64,000 bases of DNA from an uncultured Spirochaetota bacterium (GTDB lineage: Bacteria > Spirochaetota > Spirochaetia > SZUA-6 > Fen-1364). A program made the position numbers and the translations under genes. Shown in pieces: positions 30,702 through 41,095 of this stretch. Location: assembly GCA_963745235.1 (NCBI GenBank), contig CAVUXE010000035.1, positions 64,001 through 128,000 of the forward strand. Reading direction: 5' to 3'. Position 1 is the first letter of the stretch, and every line of letters starts with the position of its first letter. The notes beneath the pieces are model-generated. The model saw nothing but the letters and a program-made list of their open reading frames with translations. It was not told the DNA's origin and ran no database searches.

Positions 30702-32711
30702 GTGAAACGCCGATCACTGACAGCGTTCGTGCTTTGCCTGCTGCCCATCGCCCTTTCCGCGCAGACGCTTGACTTCAACGCGGTACGCTCCGCCGAACAG
30801 CTTCGACGCGGCGTGCAGGCCTTTCACCGCGGCTTCTACGGGGATGCCCTGGTCTCCCTCGAAAAAGCAATCAGCTACAAGACGTCCAACATCCTTGCCC
30901 AGGAGTGGCTGGGCCGCACCCTGTGGAAATCCGGCTATGAGCAGGAGGCCGTCAAGACATGGAGCCAGCTCGTTGCCTCAGGTTCCGGGGACGAGCTTCT
31001 CCGCGACTGGATCTCCGTCGTCGGGCTGCGCCGCGGGCTGGGCAGGGAGATCGACAACACGGCGAAGTGGGTCGTATCCGCGGAGCTGGACGGCTCTCTC
31101 AAGGGCGGCTACTCCTTCACGCGACCAACCAGCGTGCGTGCACGCGCGGACGGGACTTTCTGGGTCGTCGCATTCGGGTCGAACGAGGTCCTTCGGTTCG
31201 ACGGAGACTTCAAGCTGCTCGCCGTGGTCCGTGGCGGTCTTGCGGGGTTTGACCATCCCTATGATGTTCAAGAAGCCGAGGACGGCACACTCTATGTTTC
31301 GGAATATGGGGCCAACCGTGTGGCCAAGTGCACCCCGGCCGGTGATACGATAACGACTTTCGGCGGGACCGGGCGCGGGGATGGGAAGCTGGTCGGGCCC
31401 CAGTACCTCGCCCTGGACGGCAAGGGATATCTGTGGGTGACGGATTGGGGCAATTCCCGGGTGGTTCGGTATGACCTTGACGGCAAGTTCGTCCAGTCCA
31501 TTCCGGGGATCAACGGCCCCACGGGAATTGCGGTCCATGAGGACCGCCTGTACGTTTCGGAGAAAGCGTCCAAACGCATCCTCATCTACGACCTGAGCGG
31601 CAATTTCATCGGCTCCCTCGGGGACGGCACCCTCACCGGACCGGAGGGCATCTCCTTCACTCCCGATGGACTGCTGCTGGTTGCGGATGCCAACGGCGTC
31701 CGGGAATGCGATGTGGAGAACGAGACCTGGACGAACCTGGGGGATTTGAGCGCACACACGAAGCGCCTTGTCCAGCAGGCCGCGACCGCGAACGGCCAGA
31801 TCCTCGGCGTGGATTTCGACCTGAGCCGGATCGTCCTGCTCACCGATACGACGTCGCTGTACGCGGGTCTGTTCGTGCACGTGGACCGCATCAACTCGGC
31901 AAAGTTCCCCGAAGTGTACGCGGACGTCTCGGTGGAGACGCGCCTGGGCAGACCCGTGGTCGGACTGGGCATCGACAATTTCATCGTCACGGAGAACCAT
32001 TTCTCGGTGGGGCCGACTGTTCTGGCGCTCGCCAACAAGGACGTGAAGTCCGCGGATATCGCCCTCGTCATCGAGAGGTCTCCCGCTTTCGAGGGCTCTC
32101 TGCCCGACGCGCGGCAGGCGGTCGCGGACCTCTATGATATCGCCACGAAGACGGGAAGGATCCTGTCTCTGTCTGCCGGTGAAATGCCGGAGAAAGAGGC
32201 GGACTTCGGAGAGACCCGCCTGCGCTTCGTTTCACAATCTCTGCAGGGGAGGCCGTCTCCCCAGTGGAAACCGGGCGCGGCTTTCCGCCTGGCCGGTGAC
32301 GACCTGCTGACGTCAGTCAGCGGGGCCCGCAAGGCAATCGTATTCTTCACGACAGGAGCGTTGAACGGGGCACCCTTCACGCCGTACTCCCTCATCGAGT
32401 TGGCCGCGTACCTTCGCAACAATTCCATCGCTCTCTATCCGGTCGTCTTCGGGTCGAAAGGGGCAGGCGAGGACCTGGCATACCTGGCGTCCGAGTCAGG
32501 CGGGAAGGTCTTCGATGCCTTGGGTCCCGGCGGCATGAAGGATGTTGTCCAGGAAGTGAACGCCAGGCTGATCCCGACGTACACCATCCGCTACACGTCG
32601 CCCACACCGCCCCGGTTCGGGGACGCCTACATCCCGTTCGAGGTGGAAGTGACGACGCAGAAGATAAGCGGAAGAGACGAGTCGGGGTACTACGCCCCGC
32701 CGACGCCGTAA
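30702..32711 (+). CDS. exported TPR / NHL beta-propeller / vWA-like protein; probable homolog of spirochete flagellar collar protein (BB0236/TP0421 type)
   Basis: Signal peptide, N-terminal TPR, NHL repeats (FDHPYDV, GPQYLALD, GPTGIAV, GPEGIS), C-terminal vWA-like domain. Orthology is from recalled architecture and synteny. Confidence 0.75.
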   Translation: MKRRSLTAFVLCLLPIALSAQTLDFNAVRSAEQLRRGVQAFHRGFYGDALVSLEKAISYKTSNILAQEWLGRTLWKSGYEQEAVKTWSQLVASGSGDELLRDWISVVGLRRGLGREIDNTAKWVVSAELDGSLKGGYSFTRPTSVRARADGTFWVVAFGSNEVLRFDGDFKLLAVVRGGLAGFDHPYDVQEAEDGTLYVSEYGANRVAKCTPAGDTITTFGGTGRGDGKLVGPQYLALDGKGYLWVTDWGNSRVVRYDLDGKFVQSIPGINGPTGIAVHEDRLYVSEKASKRILIYDLSGNFIGSLGDGTLTGPEGISFTPDGLLLVADANGVRECDVENETWTNLGDLSAHTKRLVQQAATANGQILGVDFDLSRIVLLTDTTSLYAGLFVHVDRINSAKFPEVYADVSVETRLGRPVVGLGIDNFIVTENHFSVGPTVLALANKDVKSADIALVIERSPAFEGSLPDARQAVADLYDIATKTGRILSLSAGEMPEKEADFGETRLRFVSQSLQGRPSPQWKPGAAFRLAGDDLLTSVSGARKAIVFFTTGALNGAPFTPYSLIELAAYLRNNSIALYPVVFGSKGAGEDLAYLASESGGKVFDALGPGGMKDVVQEVNARLIPTYTIRYTSPTPPRFGDAYIPFEVEVTTQKISGRDESGYYAPPTP

Positions 32712-32751
32712 GGGTTTTGCCCGCAGCAGGGTCCTGCGCCTTGCCCGGAGC

Positions 32752-33390
32752 TTACGCCCTCAAAAAAGCTTTGACCTTTTCCGACGCGCTGGCAGCGTCC
32801 GGAGCATAGCCGTCCGCCCCTATTTCCTTCGCGTATTGGTCCGTGAGGGGCGCGCCGCCCACCATGAACTTGACCTTCTTGCGCAGCCCTTCCTTTTCGA
32901 ACCGATCAATGACGTCCTTCATCCCGGTCATGGTGGTGGTCAGGAGCGCGGACATTCCGATGGCTTTTGCATCCGGGTTGTCCTTGAGCCCCTGGATGAA
33001 CTTGTCCGCCGACACGTCGATCCCGAGATCAACCACTTCGATGCCCGCGCCCTGCGCCATCATCTTCACGAGGTTCTTGCCGATGTCGTGGAGGTCTCCC
33101 TTGACCGTCCCGATGAGCATCTTGCCGATGGGCTTGACCCCTGCTTTCACCAGCTCCGGCTTCAGGATGTCCATGCTGGCGTTCATGGCCCGGGCCGCGA
33201 TGAGGACTTCCGGGATGTAGATCTCGTTGCACTTGAAGCGCTGCCCGACCTTGTCCATGCCGTCCAGGAGGCCCTTGTTGAGGATATCTCCCGCCCCGTT
33301 CTTCTCAGAAAGGAGCGCTGACGTGAGCTCCTTGGCCTTGGGGGCGTTGCCCTTCTGGATGGCTTCCGACAATTCCTGGAAAGTTGCCAA
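32752..33390 (-). CDS. stand-alone corrinoid (B12-binding) protein
   Basis: GTVKGDLHDIGKNLV (DxHxxG), SALLTTT, VGGAP; TTG start after AGGAGG. Confidence 0.92.
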   Translation of the reverse strand: MATFQELSEAIQKGNAPKAKELTSALLSEKNGAGDILNKGLLDGMDKVGQRFKCNEIYIPEVLIAARAMNASMDILKPELVKAGVKPIGKMLIGTVKGDLHDIGKNLVKMMAQGAGIEVVDLGIDVSADKFIQGLKDNPDAKAIGMSALLTTTMTGMKDVIDRFEKEGLRKKVKFMVGGAPLTDQYAKEIGADGYAPDAASASEKVKAFLRA

Positions 33391-33476
33391 CGCGGACCTC
33401 CTACAGCAGTTCTTGGTTGTCAGAAAGTGTCGAACATGATAATCTATGGCAAACATCATGATTCAGGAGAATCCCC

Positions 33477-33710
33477 GTGTCAAGAGGACGCCCGGAAATA
33501 GACCGTGAAAGGTGCAAGGGCTGCACCCTGTGCGTCGGCGCCTGCCCTGAAAAGATCATCGCGATGTCGAAAGACGACTTCAACCGGCAGGGGCTTCCCT
33601 TCGCGGTGTGCTTCGATGAATCGCGGTGCACCGCGTGCATGTCCTGCGCCATCATCTGCCCGGACTCCGCAATCACCGTACTGAGGTTTGCAACCGCCTC
33701 GGGAGAGTAG
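33477..33710 (+). CDS. 2x[4Fe-4S] ferredoxin subunit of 2-oxoacid:ferredoxin oxidoreductase
   Basis: CKGCTLCVGACP and CTACMSCAIICP. Confidence 0.92.
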   Translation: MSRGRPEIDRERCKGCTLCVGACPEKIIAMSKDDFNRQGLPFAVCFDESRCTACMSCAIICPDSAITVLRFATASGE

Positions 33711-33713
33711 CAC

Positions 33714-34784
33714 ATGGAAACGACCAAAGAGGGGACGCCTGTCCTCATGAAAGGCAACGAGGCAATCGGGGAAGCCGCCATCATTGCCGGCTGCCGCCAC
33801 TACTTCGGGTACCCCATCACCCCGCAGAACGAGCTCCCCGCGTACATGGCGCTGAGACTTCCCAAGGTGGGCGGCACCTTCATCCAGGCGGAAAGCGAGG
33901 TAGCCGCCATCAACATGGTTTTCGGCGCCTCGGCGGCCGGGGCGCGCGCCATGACGTCATCTTCGTCCCCGGGCGTGAGCCTCAAGATGGAGGGGATTTC
34001 CTATCTCTCTGGCGCCGAGCTCCCCGCAGTGGTCGTGAACATGATGCGGGGAGGACCGGGGCTGGGCAACATCGCCGGAGCGCAGGGAGACTACTTCCAG
34101 GCGGTGAAGGGCGGAGGCCACGGGGACTACCGCTGCATCGTGCTGGCTCCCAGCTCCGTGCAGGAGCTGGCTGACCTGACAGTCAAGGCATTCGACCTGG
34201 CGGACAGGTACCGCATGGTGGTCATGCTCCTGGGAGACGGTTTCGTCGGACAGATGTCGGAGCCCATCGTCATGCCGAAGCCTTCCGGCAAGACCTTCGA
34301 CAAGAGCGCGTGGACGCTGACCGGCGCGCGGGGCAGGGATACCCATATCATCGCCTCCATGCGCCTGAACCCTGAGGACGCGCTGGAGAAGCTGAACCTC
34401 CGGCTCCAGGAGAAGTATCGCGACATCGCCGGGAAGGAAGCCCTGTGGGAGGAAACGGAGGTGCGTGACGCGCACTACCTCCTTGCCGGCTTCGGGCTTT
34501 CCGCGCGCATCTGCCGTTCAGCGGTGAGCGCGCTGCGCAAGGAGGGGATCAAGGCCGGACTGTTTCGCCCCATCACGCTCTGGCCATTCCCTGAGGCTGC
34601 GCTCGCGAAAGCCGCGAAAGGCAGGAAGAAGGTGCTCGTCGTGGAGATGAACGCCGGACAGATGGTAGAGGATGTGAGACTGGCGCTGGGGTCCGGCATC
34701 CCCGTTGACTTCCTCGGCACGCTGGGAGGCATCACGCCGCAGGTGGATGCCATAGTCGAAAGGATCACGTCATATGCCCGTTGA
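33714..34784 (+). CDS. vorB: 2-oxoacid:ferredoxin oxidoreductase alpha subunit (VorB type)
   Basis: MKGNEA, YFGYPITPQ, QAESE, TSSSSPG, RGGPGLG. Confidence 0.88.
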   Translation: METTKEGTPVLMKGNEAIGEAAIIAGCRHYFGYPITPQNELPAYMALRLPKVGGTFIQAESEVAAINMVFGASAAGARAMTSSSSPGVSLKMEGISYLSGAELPAVVVNMMRGGPGLGNIAGAQGDYFQAVKGGGHGDYRCIVLAPSSVQELADLTVKAFDLADRYRMVVMLLGDGFVGQMSEPIVMPKPSGKTFDKSAWTLTGARGRDTHIIASMRLNPEDALEKLNLRLQEKYRDIAGKEALWEETEVRDAHYLLAGFGLSARICRSAVSALRKEGIKAGLFRPITLWPFPEAALAKAAKGRKKVLVVEMNAGQMVEDVRLALGSGIPVDFLGTLGGITPQVDAIVERITSYAR

Positions 34785-35529
34785 GACAGCTCCCGCCAGA
34801 TTGGTGTACAAGAGGCCTGAGTCCCTGGCCGATGTTCCCAACCACTATTGTCCGGGCTGCGGCCACGGAACCATTCACAAGCTCCTGGCCCAGTGCATCG
34901 ATGAGCTTCGCATTCGGGAAACGACCATCCTGGTGGCGCCCGTGGGGTGCTCGGTGCTGGCCTACAACTACCTGCGCGTTGACGGCTGCGAGGCCGCGCA
35001 TGGAAGGGCGCCCGCGGTCGCAACCGGCATCAAGCGTGTCCACCCGGATCGCCTGGTCATCTCGTACCAGGGGGACGGGGACCTGCTGGCCATCGGGACC
35101 GCGGAGACCATCCACGCCGCCAACAGGGGAGAAAAGATCACGGTTGTCTTCGTGAATAACGCCATTTACGGTATGACCGGAGGCCAGATGGCCCCGACAT
35201 CGCTCCAGGCCCAGAAGACGAAGACATCACCGTACGGCAGAAACCCCAACGACGCCGGCTACCCGATACGGGCGTGCGAGCTCCTGAACACCCTGGAGGC
35301 GCCTGTCTTCATTGAACGCTGCGCCGTGAACTCGGTGAAGAATGTGCTGCGCACAAAGAAGGCGCTCATGAAGGGGCTGCGCAACCAGGTCGAGGGCAAA
35401 GGCTATTCGTTCATCGAGGTGCTCTCCATGTGTCCGACCGGCTGGGGGCTGGAGCCGCGTGAGGCGGCGGCCTGGATAGACTCTGACATGATTCCCTATT
35501 TCCCTCTGGGGAACTTCCGGGACAGGTAA
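34774..35529 (+). CDS. 2-oxoacid:ferredoxin oxidoreductase beta (TPP-binding) subunit
   Basis: YCPGCGHG, HGRAPA, YQGDGD, NNAIYGMTGGQ. Confidence 0.92.
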   Translation: MPVETAPARLVYKRPESLADVPNHYCPGCGHGTIHKLLAQCIDELRIRETTILVAPVGCSVLAYNYLRVDGCEAAHGRAPAVATGIKRVHPDRLVISYQGDGDLLAIGTAETIHAANRGEKITVVFVNNAIYGMTGGQMAPTSLQAQKTKTSPYGRNPNDAGYPIRACELLNTLEAPVFIERCAVNSVKNVLRTKKALMKGLRNQVEGKGYSFIEVLSMCPTGWGLEPREAAAWIDSDMIPYFPLGNFRDR

Positions 35530-35540
35530 GGGGAGGGCTC

Positions 35541-36077
35541 GTGTACGAAGGAATATTCATCGCAGGGTTCGGCGGTCAGGGAGTGATCCTCCTGGGGAAA
35601 ATCATCTGTCTTGCCGCAATGGGAGAGGGCAAGCACGTGTCCCACATCCCCGCCTATGGAGCCGAGATGCGCGGCGGCACGGCCAACTGTTCCGTCGTCG
35701 TGTCAGACAGTGAAATCGCGTCACCGCTGGTCCCCCGTCCCTCCGTCTGCATCGTGCTGAACACCCCGTCCCTCATCAAGTTCCAGCCGATTGTGCGGGA
35801 GGGTGGGCTCCTGATCTGGAACACGTCGCTGATCGATATGAAGCCGGACCGCCGCGACATCGAGATTCTCCCCGTCTCTGCAAACGAGCTGGCGGAGGCG
35901 GCAGGCTCGTACAAGGCGGCGAACATGGCGGCCCTTGGGGCGCTTCTCAAGAGACGCCCCGCTGTCGCGTCCCTGGACGCCGTGGCGGCATGCCTGGACC
36001 AGGCCGTCTCAGCCCGTCATCGGGAGCTCAACGGAATCAACCGGCGCGCGCTGGCAAAGGGCTATGAGGCCGCATAA
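35541..36077 (+). CDS. 2-oxoacid:ferredoxin oxidoreductase gamma subunit
   Basis: AGFGGQG, YGAEMRGG, NMAALGA. Confidence 0.92.
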   Translation: MYEGIFIAGFGGQGVILLGKIICLAAMGEGKHVSHIPAYGAEMRGGTANCSVVVSDSEIASPLVPRPSVCIVLNTPSLIKFQPIVREGGLLIWNTSLIDMKPDRRDIEILPVSANELAEAAGSYKAANMAALGALLKRRPAVASLDAVAACLDQAVSARHRELNGINRRALAKGYEAA

Positions 36078-36769
36078 GGCGCCCGACGCGCGCCTTCGGT
36101 TCCTGTTCTGGCGGACCGACTTCGTCGGAATCGCCATGATTGTCAGCGGGCTTTTCTTCTTGCTGGTCAACTTCAAGCTCATCCCGGTGAGCGCCTTCGT
36201 CCTGCCCCGGGTGCTGGGGGTCCTGTTCTTCGTCGTGGGATTGGTCTTCCTCTTCCTGTCGGGCGCCGGGAGCTGGATGTCGTGGTTCATCATCCCCGCC
36301 GGAGAGCTCCTGACATGCGGCATCGTTACCCTTGTCCTGGGCCTGGACCGTATTTTCAGCCTTGATTCCGCCGCGCTCTTTGCCTTCGGTCTTGGACTGT
36401 CTTTCCTGGCGCTGTTCTACTCGCTTCGCAGCCACTGGTGGCTCCTCATTCCATCCGGCTTCCTGATCGGGCTCGCCGCCATGCTCGCTGGAGTGGACCA
36501 CGTCCCGCTGGTGGGCTGGCACCCTGTGGTTCCCCTGTTCTTCCTCGGTGCGGCGTTCCTGGTAATCTACCTGTATTCCGTTCAGCGTCAGCGCATGCGC
36601 TGGAGCCTGCTGGTGGGCTTCATCATCGTCTCCGTCTCTTTCCTCTACCTCCTGGGAATCCTTCTTGCCCGCTGGAGCATCCTCTGGCCGGTTGTGCTGC
36701 TGCTTGCCGGGCTGCTGATCCCCCTTTGGATCCTGTTCATCGACCGAAGGGCCAGGAGGCCGGATCTGA
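36064..36769 (+). CDS. multi-pass membrane protein (hypothetical)
   Basis: About 8 hydrophobic segments with repeated W-x-x-I-P; in frame with the next gene as sequenced. Confidence 0.7.
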
Positions 36770-38175
36770 TGCCGGCACGACTCTCGTTTCTCGGCGCGGC
36801 GAAAAGCGTCACGGGTTCGCGGTTCCTCCTCGAGGCGGACGGCGCCACAGTGCTTGTCGACTGCGGGCTTTCCCAGGAGCGCGACATGCAGGCCAGGAAC
36901 TGGGAGCCTTTTCCCGTTCCGCCCGAGCGCATCGATGCGCTTCTGCTGACCCATGCGCACCTGGACCACTGCGGCCTGATCCCCCGTCTCGTGAAGGAGG
37001 GCTTTCGCGGGAAGATCTTCACGTCCGGACCCACCGCGGAGATCGCGCGGATCGTGATGCTGGACTCGGCTCGACTCCAGGCAGAAGACGCTGAGAACAA
37101 AAAGGCGCGGCACAGGAGGGAAGGCCGCGTCGACCCGCACCCTCTCCAGCCCCTGTACAGCGAAAAAGATGCAGAGACGGCATCCACCCTGTTTCAACCA
37201 GTGGAGTTCCAGAAGTCAATCGGCGTGGCGCGCGGCATCCAGGCGGAGTTTTTCGATGCCGGTCACATCCTGGGCTCGGCATCCATCAGGGTCCGTTTCG
37301 GAGCGAACGGCAGCGCGCGGACCGTCCTGTTCTCCGGCGATATAGGCCGCTGGAACCGGCCCATCATCAACGACCCGGCGCCGTGCGACCAGGCAGACTA
37401 CGTGCTGATGGAGTCAACGTACGGGGATTCGCTTCACGGCAGCGACGCGGAAATCGGACAGACCCTGGAAAGTGCCGTCACCGGCGCGGTGGCCGCTGGC
37501 GGCAACATCGTGATTCCAAGCTTCGCCATCGAGCGCTCGCAGGAGGTGCTGTACCACCTCAACACGCTGCTGCTCGCAAACAGGATTCCCCACCTCCTTG
37601 TTTTCCTGGACAGCCCGATGGCCACGAAGGTCACCGAGATATTCGGCCACTGGCCCGACTTCTTCGATCCCGACATGCAGGAGCTGATCCGTCAGAATCG
37701 GTCTCCCTTCGACCTGCCGGGGCTCGTCATGGCCAGGAGCGTTGAGGATTCAAAGTCCATCAACAGGATCAAGGGAAGCGCAATCATCATAGCGGGAGCG
37801 GGCATGTGCACCGGGGGACGGATCAAGCATCACCTTGTGCGCAACATTTCCCGCCCTGAGAGCACCATTCTTTTTGTCGGATACCAGGCGCAGGGGACGC
37901 TGGGGCGTCAGATCGTGGAAGGCGCCGCGGAGGTCAGGATTCTGGGAGAAACGCACCCCGTCAGGGCGAAGGTCGCGCGGATCTCGGGCTTCTCGGGACA
38001 CGCTGACCGTGAAGAGCTCCTGCGCTGGGCGTCTTTCCTCACGAAACCTCCGCGGAGGGCGTTCATCACGCACGGCGAGCCCGCAGTTGCGGAGCATTTC
38101 AGAGCTACGCTTGCGCAAAGGAAAGGCTGGGACACTTTCGTGCCCTCGCCGAGCCAGTCGGTGGTGCTGGATTGA
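36769..38175 (+). CDS. MBL-fold beta-CASP ribonuclease
   Basis: LTHAHLDH, AGHILGS, SGDIG, ESTYG, GGRIKHH, SGHAD, HGE; own AGGAGG RBS. Confidence 0.92.
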   Translation: MPARLSFLGAAKSVTGSRFLLEADGATVLVDCGLSQERDMQARNWEPFPVPPERIDALLLTHAHLDHCGLIPRLVKEGFRGKIFTSGPTAEIARIVMLDSARLQAEDAENKKARHRREGRVDPHPLQPLYSEKDAETASTLFQPVEFQKSIGVARGIQAEFFDAGHILGSASIRVRFGANGSARTVLFSGDIGRWNRPIINDPAPCDQADYVLMESTYGDSLHGSDAEIGQTLESAVTGAVAAGGNIVIPSFAIERSQEVLYHLNTLLLANRIPHLLVFLDSPMATKVTEIFGHWPDFFDPDMQELIRQNRSPFDLPGLVMARSVEDSKSINRIKGSAIIIAGAGMCTGGRIKHHLVRNISRPESTILFVGYQAQGTLGRQIVEGAAEVRILGETHPVRAKVARISGFSGHADREELLRWASFLTKPPRRAFITHGEPAVAEHFRATLAQRKGWDTFVPSPSQSVVLD

Positions 38176-38194
38176 GCGCCGCTCTGCCGGAGCG

Positions 38195-39853
38195 TCAGTA
38201 TTTGAACGCGCTCTCCCCAATGAACTCTCGGAGGATCGAGGTGGGGGGCACCCAGCGCGGATGAAGGGGAGCGAAGTTTCCCAGGAATGAGAGCAGGCGG
38301 CGGGCTTCCTGGTACTCAGGCACCTCAGGCTTCACGGATGCAAGAAGAGGCTCCGCGTATACCTTGAGCACGGCCAGCTCATAGTCAAGGGCAGAGTTGA
38401 ACGCCGAGTCAGCCCCGTTCTGGAAGGGAAAGATGTTGCGGTCTTCCCCCCTTCGAACAGACGGCCACATGGACAGCGTCTGCGCCGCGGAATGCCCCCT
38501 GAACTGGTTATCCCTGACGAGTCTCCTGATGAGCCGGTTGTCGGTCGTGGCAATTCTGTTGTGGTCGTCGAGGTTGAGCTGCGTCAGCGCTGAGACGTAC
38601 ACCTTGTGCTTCTGGTTCCTCGACACGAGCGGCGTCAGCGCATCGTTCAATCCGTGAATCCCCTCCAGGATGAGGATTGCCCGTTCGGGAAGCCGCAAGC
38701 GCGCCCCCGCGGACTTTCTGGCGCCGACGTGAAAATCGAACAGAGGGGTCTCGACTTCATCCCCCTTCAGCAAAGCCACCAGATGACGGTTGAGAAGCTC
38801 GACGTCAAGCGCGTCCAGGGATTCGAAGTCCGGCTTTCCCTCCTCGTCGAGCGGGGTCTGGGCGTGGGGCTTGTAGTAGTCGTCCAGGGAGATAGTGACA
38901 GGGTTGCGGCCGACAACGCGAAGCTGGATCATCAGTTTCTTGGAAAACGTCGTCTTGCCGGACGAAGAGGGTCCGGCGATCAGGACGACCCGTACGAGGT
39001 CCCTCCTGGCCGTGATGCGGTCAGCGATCTCCGCGATCTTCTTGTCCTGGAGCGCTTCGGCCACCTGGATGAACTCCTGGATGGTGCCGTTGCGTATCAG
39101 CTCGTCCAGCCTCCCCACCGAGCCGACGCGGAGGATCTTCCCCCAGCTCTTGTATTCCCGGTAGATGGAGAAGAGAACCGGGTTGTCCTCAAAGGGCCCG
39201 AGGGTCAGGGGTTGCGCTGCCGGGGGATAGCGCAGCAGGAATCCGGGGGGGTACCCCTTGATCGCGAAAACGGAAAGCAGGGCGGTTGATGGCACCAGCG
39301 GACCGTGGGAAAGATCCAGGTAGCCTTCGCAGGAGTTCACCCGGATGCTCGGATCGTTTCGATTCTTGAGCAGAAGCGCCGTGTCCGGCTGGTTGTGCTT
39401 CTCGAAGTATTCCATTGCCTCCCGGTAGGAGAGGGCCAGGGAGATGATGGGCGCATCCCGCGCGACGATCTCACGCATTGCGGTCTCGATGTGCTGCGCG
39501 TCCTCTTCTGAAAGGTCGTCCCTTCCGTCGAGGTAGTAGTAGTAGCTCTGTCCCAGCGAGTGGCCGATCACGAGCCCGCGCCGGGGAAAAATCTTCTTGG
39601 AGGCCATGGAGAGAAGGAAGCAAAGGGACTTGCGGTAGATGAGCACCCCTTCCTTGCTTCCCAGGTCAACGGGCTCCAGTGCGCAGTTGACCATCAGCCC
39701 CGACTCGAGGCTCACGACCTCGTTGTTGAGGCGCGCGGCCACCACGGGACGAGAAGTCCGGGGACAGCAGGGATCCGCTACGGCCTCCCGCACGGGAGTG
39801 CCGGCTGGAAAATCCCGTGCCTGCCCTCCCGGGTAGGTCACGCGGACATTCAT
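38195..39853 (-). CDS. nucleoside (uridine) kinase with ThrRS-like N-terminal domains
   Basis: N-terminal TGS/ThrRS-like region; IAGPSSSGKTT, SLDDYY, EGIHGLN. Confidence 0.88.
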   Translation of the reverse strand: MNVRVTYPGGQARDFPAGTPVREAVADPCCPRTSRPVVAARLNNEVVSLESGLMVNCALEPVDLGSKEGVLIYRKSLCFLLSMASKKIFPRRGLVIGHSLGQSYYYYLDGRDDLSEEDAQHIETAMREIVARDAPIISLALSYREAMEYFEKHNQPDTALLLKNRNDPSIRVNSCEGYLDLSHGPLVPSTALLSVFAIKGYPPGFLLRYPPAAQPLTLGPFEDNPVLFSIYREYKSWGKILRVGSVGRLDELIRNGTIQEFIQVAEALQDKKIAEIADRITARRDLVRVVLIAGPSSSGKTTFSKKLMIQLRVVGRNPVTISLDDYYKPHAQTPLDEEGKPDFESLDALDVELLNRHLVALLKGDEVETPLFDFHVGARKSAGARLRLPERAILILEGIHGLNDALTPLVSRNQKHKVYVSALTQLNLDDHNRIATTDNRLIRRLVRDNQFRGHSAAQTLSMWPSVRRGEDRNIFPFQNGADSAFNSALDYELAVLKVYAEPLLASVKPEVPEYQEARRLLSFLGNFAPLHPRWVPPTSILREFIGESAFKY

Positions 39854-41016
39854 GCCATGTCCCTGATTATTTTCGCCTCTTCAGCGGCAAGCACCCGCGC
39901 TATTCCCAGCCCTCGACCCTCGGTGATCTGCACGAGGGGCGGGTCCACCATTTTGTTTCCGTCCTGATCCACCAGGATCCTGACGATCGGGAACCGCGGC
40001 CGCGCGGGGTCCGTCTTCACCACGAGACCCTTGCTGTTGTTGGACAGGAGCACCGCGGTCCCCACGGGGTACACGGACAGCGTGTAGACGAACGCCTTGA
40101 GCACCCGGTCGTCGTAGTGTCCCCGGCCATTCTGGAGCAGGTCCCGTATGGAGGAATGGCCGTCAAGAGATTCGGACTTGAACGGGCGGGCCGAGATCAT
40201 TGCGTCATACGAGCAGGCCACCGCGATGATCTTTGCGTACTCCGTGATCTTGTCCCCCGAAAGCCCGCGGGGATACCCCGTGCCGTCCACTCTCTCGTGG
40301 TGCTCGAGGGCGGCCAGGGCCACGTTTTCGGGGGCAGAGATGCCTTTCAGGATCCTGTACCCGAGCAGTGTGTGCGTGGTAAGGACCTTCCTTTGCTCAT
40401 CGTTCAGCGGCTGCGAGGAGCGGCGCAGCTCGACGGGCAGCTTGAACATCCCGATCTCGTGCAGGAGGCACGCGTTGCCGAGCTCGATGAGCCGGTGGGG
40501 AGGAGCCTTGAGGAACTCCCCGATGGCCAGAGAGAGAATGGTCGTGTTGACGGCATGGCTGATCAGGTACCGGTCCCCGTCCGCGCTCATGTCGACGAAC
40601 CGAAGAAGCGAGTCACGGTTCTCGTGGACCACCTGGATGGTTTTCTTCACCTGTTCGGTGACTTGCCCGAGGTTCACGATGCCGTCGCTGACATATGCGG
40701 CGAAGAGCGTGGCGGCAAAACCCGAGAGCTCCGTGTAGAATGCCCGGGCGGCCACGGCCTGCCTGCCTGCCCTGATGTCCTCATCTATTGTCTGCGGCGC
40801 AACGCTGCTGGACTCCGCGCCGGAGAGATAGCTGGGGACATCTTTCCTGGCGCCCTCCGTGAAAACCTCGGTGTACTTCCATTTCCTGAGCCTGGCGACC
40901 AGCTCCGTGGCAACCGGGGAATCCGGGGTCAGGAGAATGAACCCCTTGTCCAGGAAAACAGGCTGATCGAAATAGGTATTGGGCACCAACTCATTGAGTG
41001 GCACGCCCTTCATCAC
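39850..41016 (-). CDS. HD-GYP domain protein (HD replaced by HE)
   Basis: SHAVN, LLHEIG, HHERVDGTGYPRGL, YDAM. Confidence 0.88.
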   Translation of the reverse strand: MMKGVPLNELVPNTYFDQPVFLDKGFILLTPDSPVATELVARLRKWKYTEVFTEGARKDVPSYLSGAESSSVAPQTIDEDIRAGRQAVAARAFYTELSGFAATLFAAYVSDGIVNLGQVTEQVKKTIQVVHENRDSLLRFVDMSADGDRYLISHAVNTTILSLAIGEFLKAPPHRLIELGNACLLHEIGMFKLPVELRRSSQPLNDEQRKVLTTHTLLGYRILKGISAPENVALAALEHHERVDGTGYPRGLSGDKITEYAKIIAVACSYDAMISARPFKSESLDGHSSIRDLLQNGRGHYDDRVLKAFVYTLSVYPVGTAVLLSNNSKGLVVKTDPARPRFPIVRILVDQDGNKMVDPPLVQITEGRGLGIARVLAAEEAKIIRDMA

Positions 41017-41095
41017 GCGTCGTCCCTTCTCCCCTTTACTGGGGGACCCTTCTCCTACTATGATGCGCCTGATCTACTATATAGTATAGGGGTTT

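Noticed and set aside
35935-38175. Membrane protein fused to a beta-CASP RNase
   Set aside because: The junction has AGGAGG plus a TGATG stop/start overlap, typical of two coupled genes; one indel explains the fusion. Reads should confirm.
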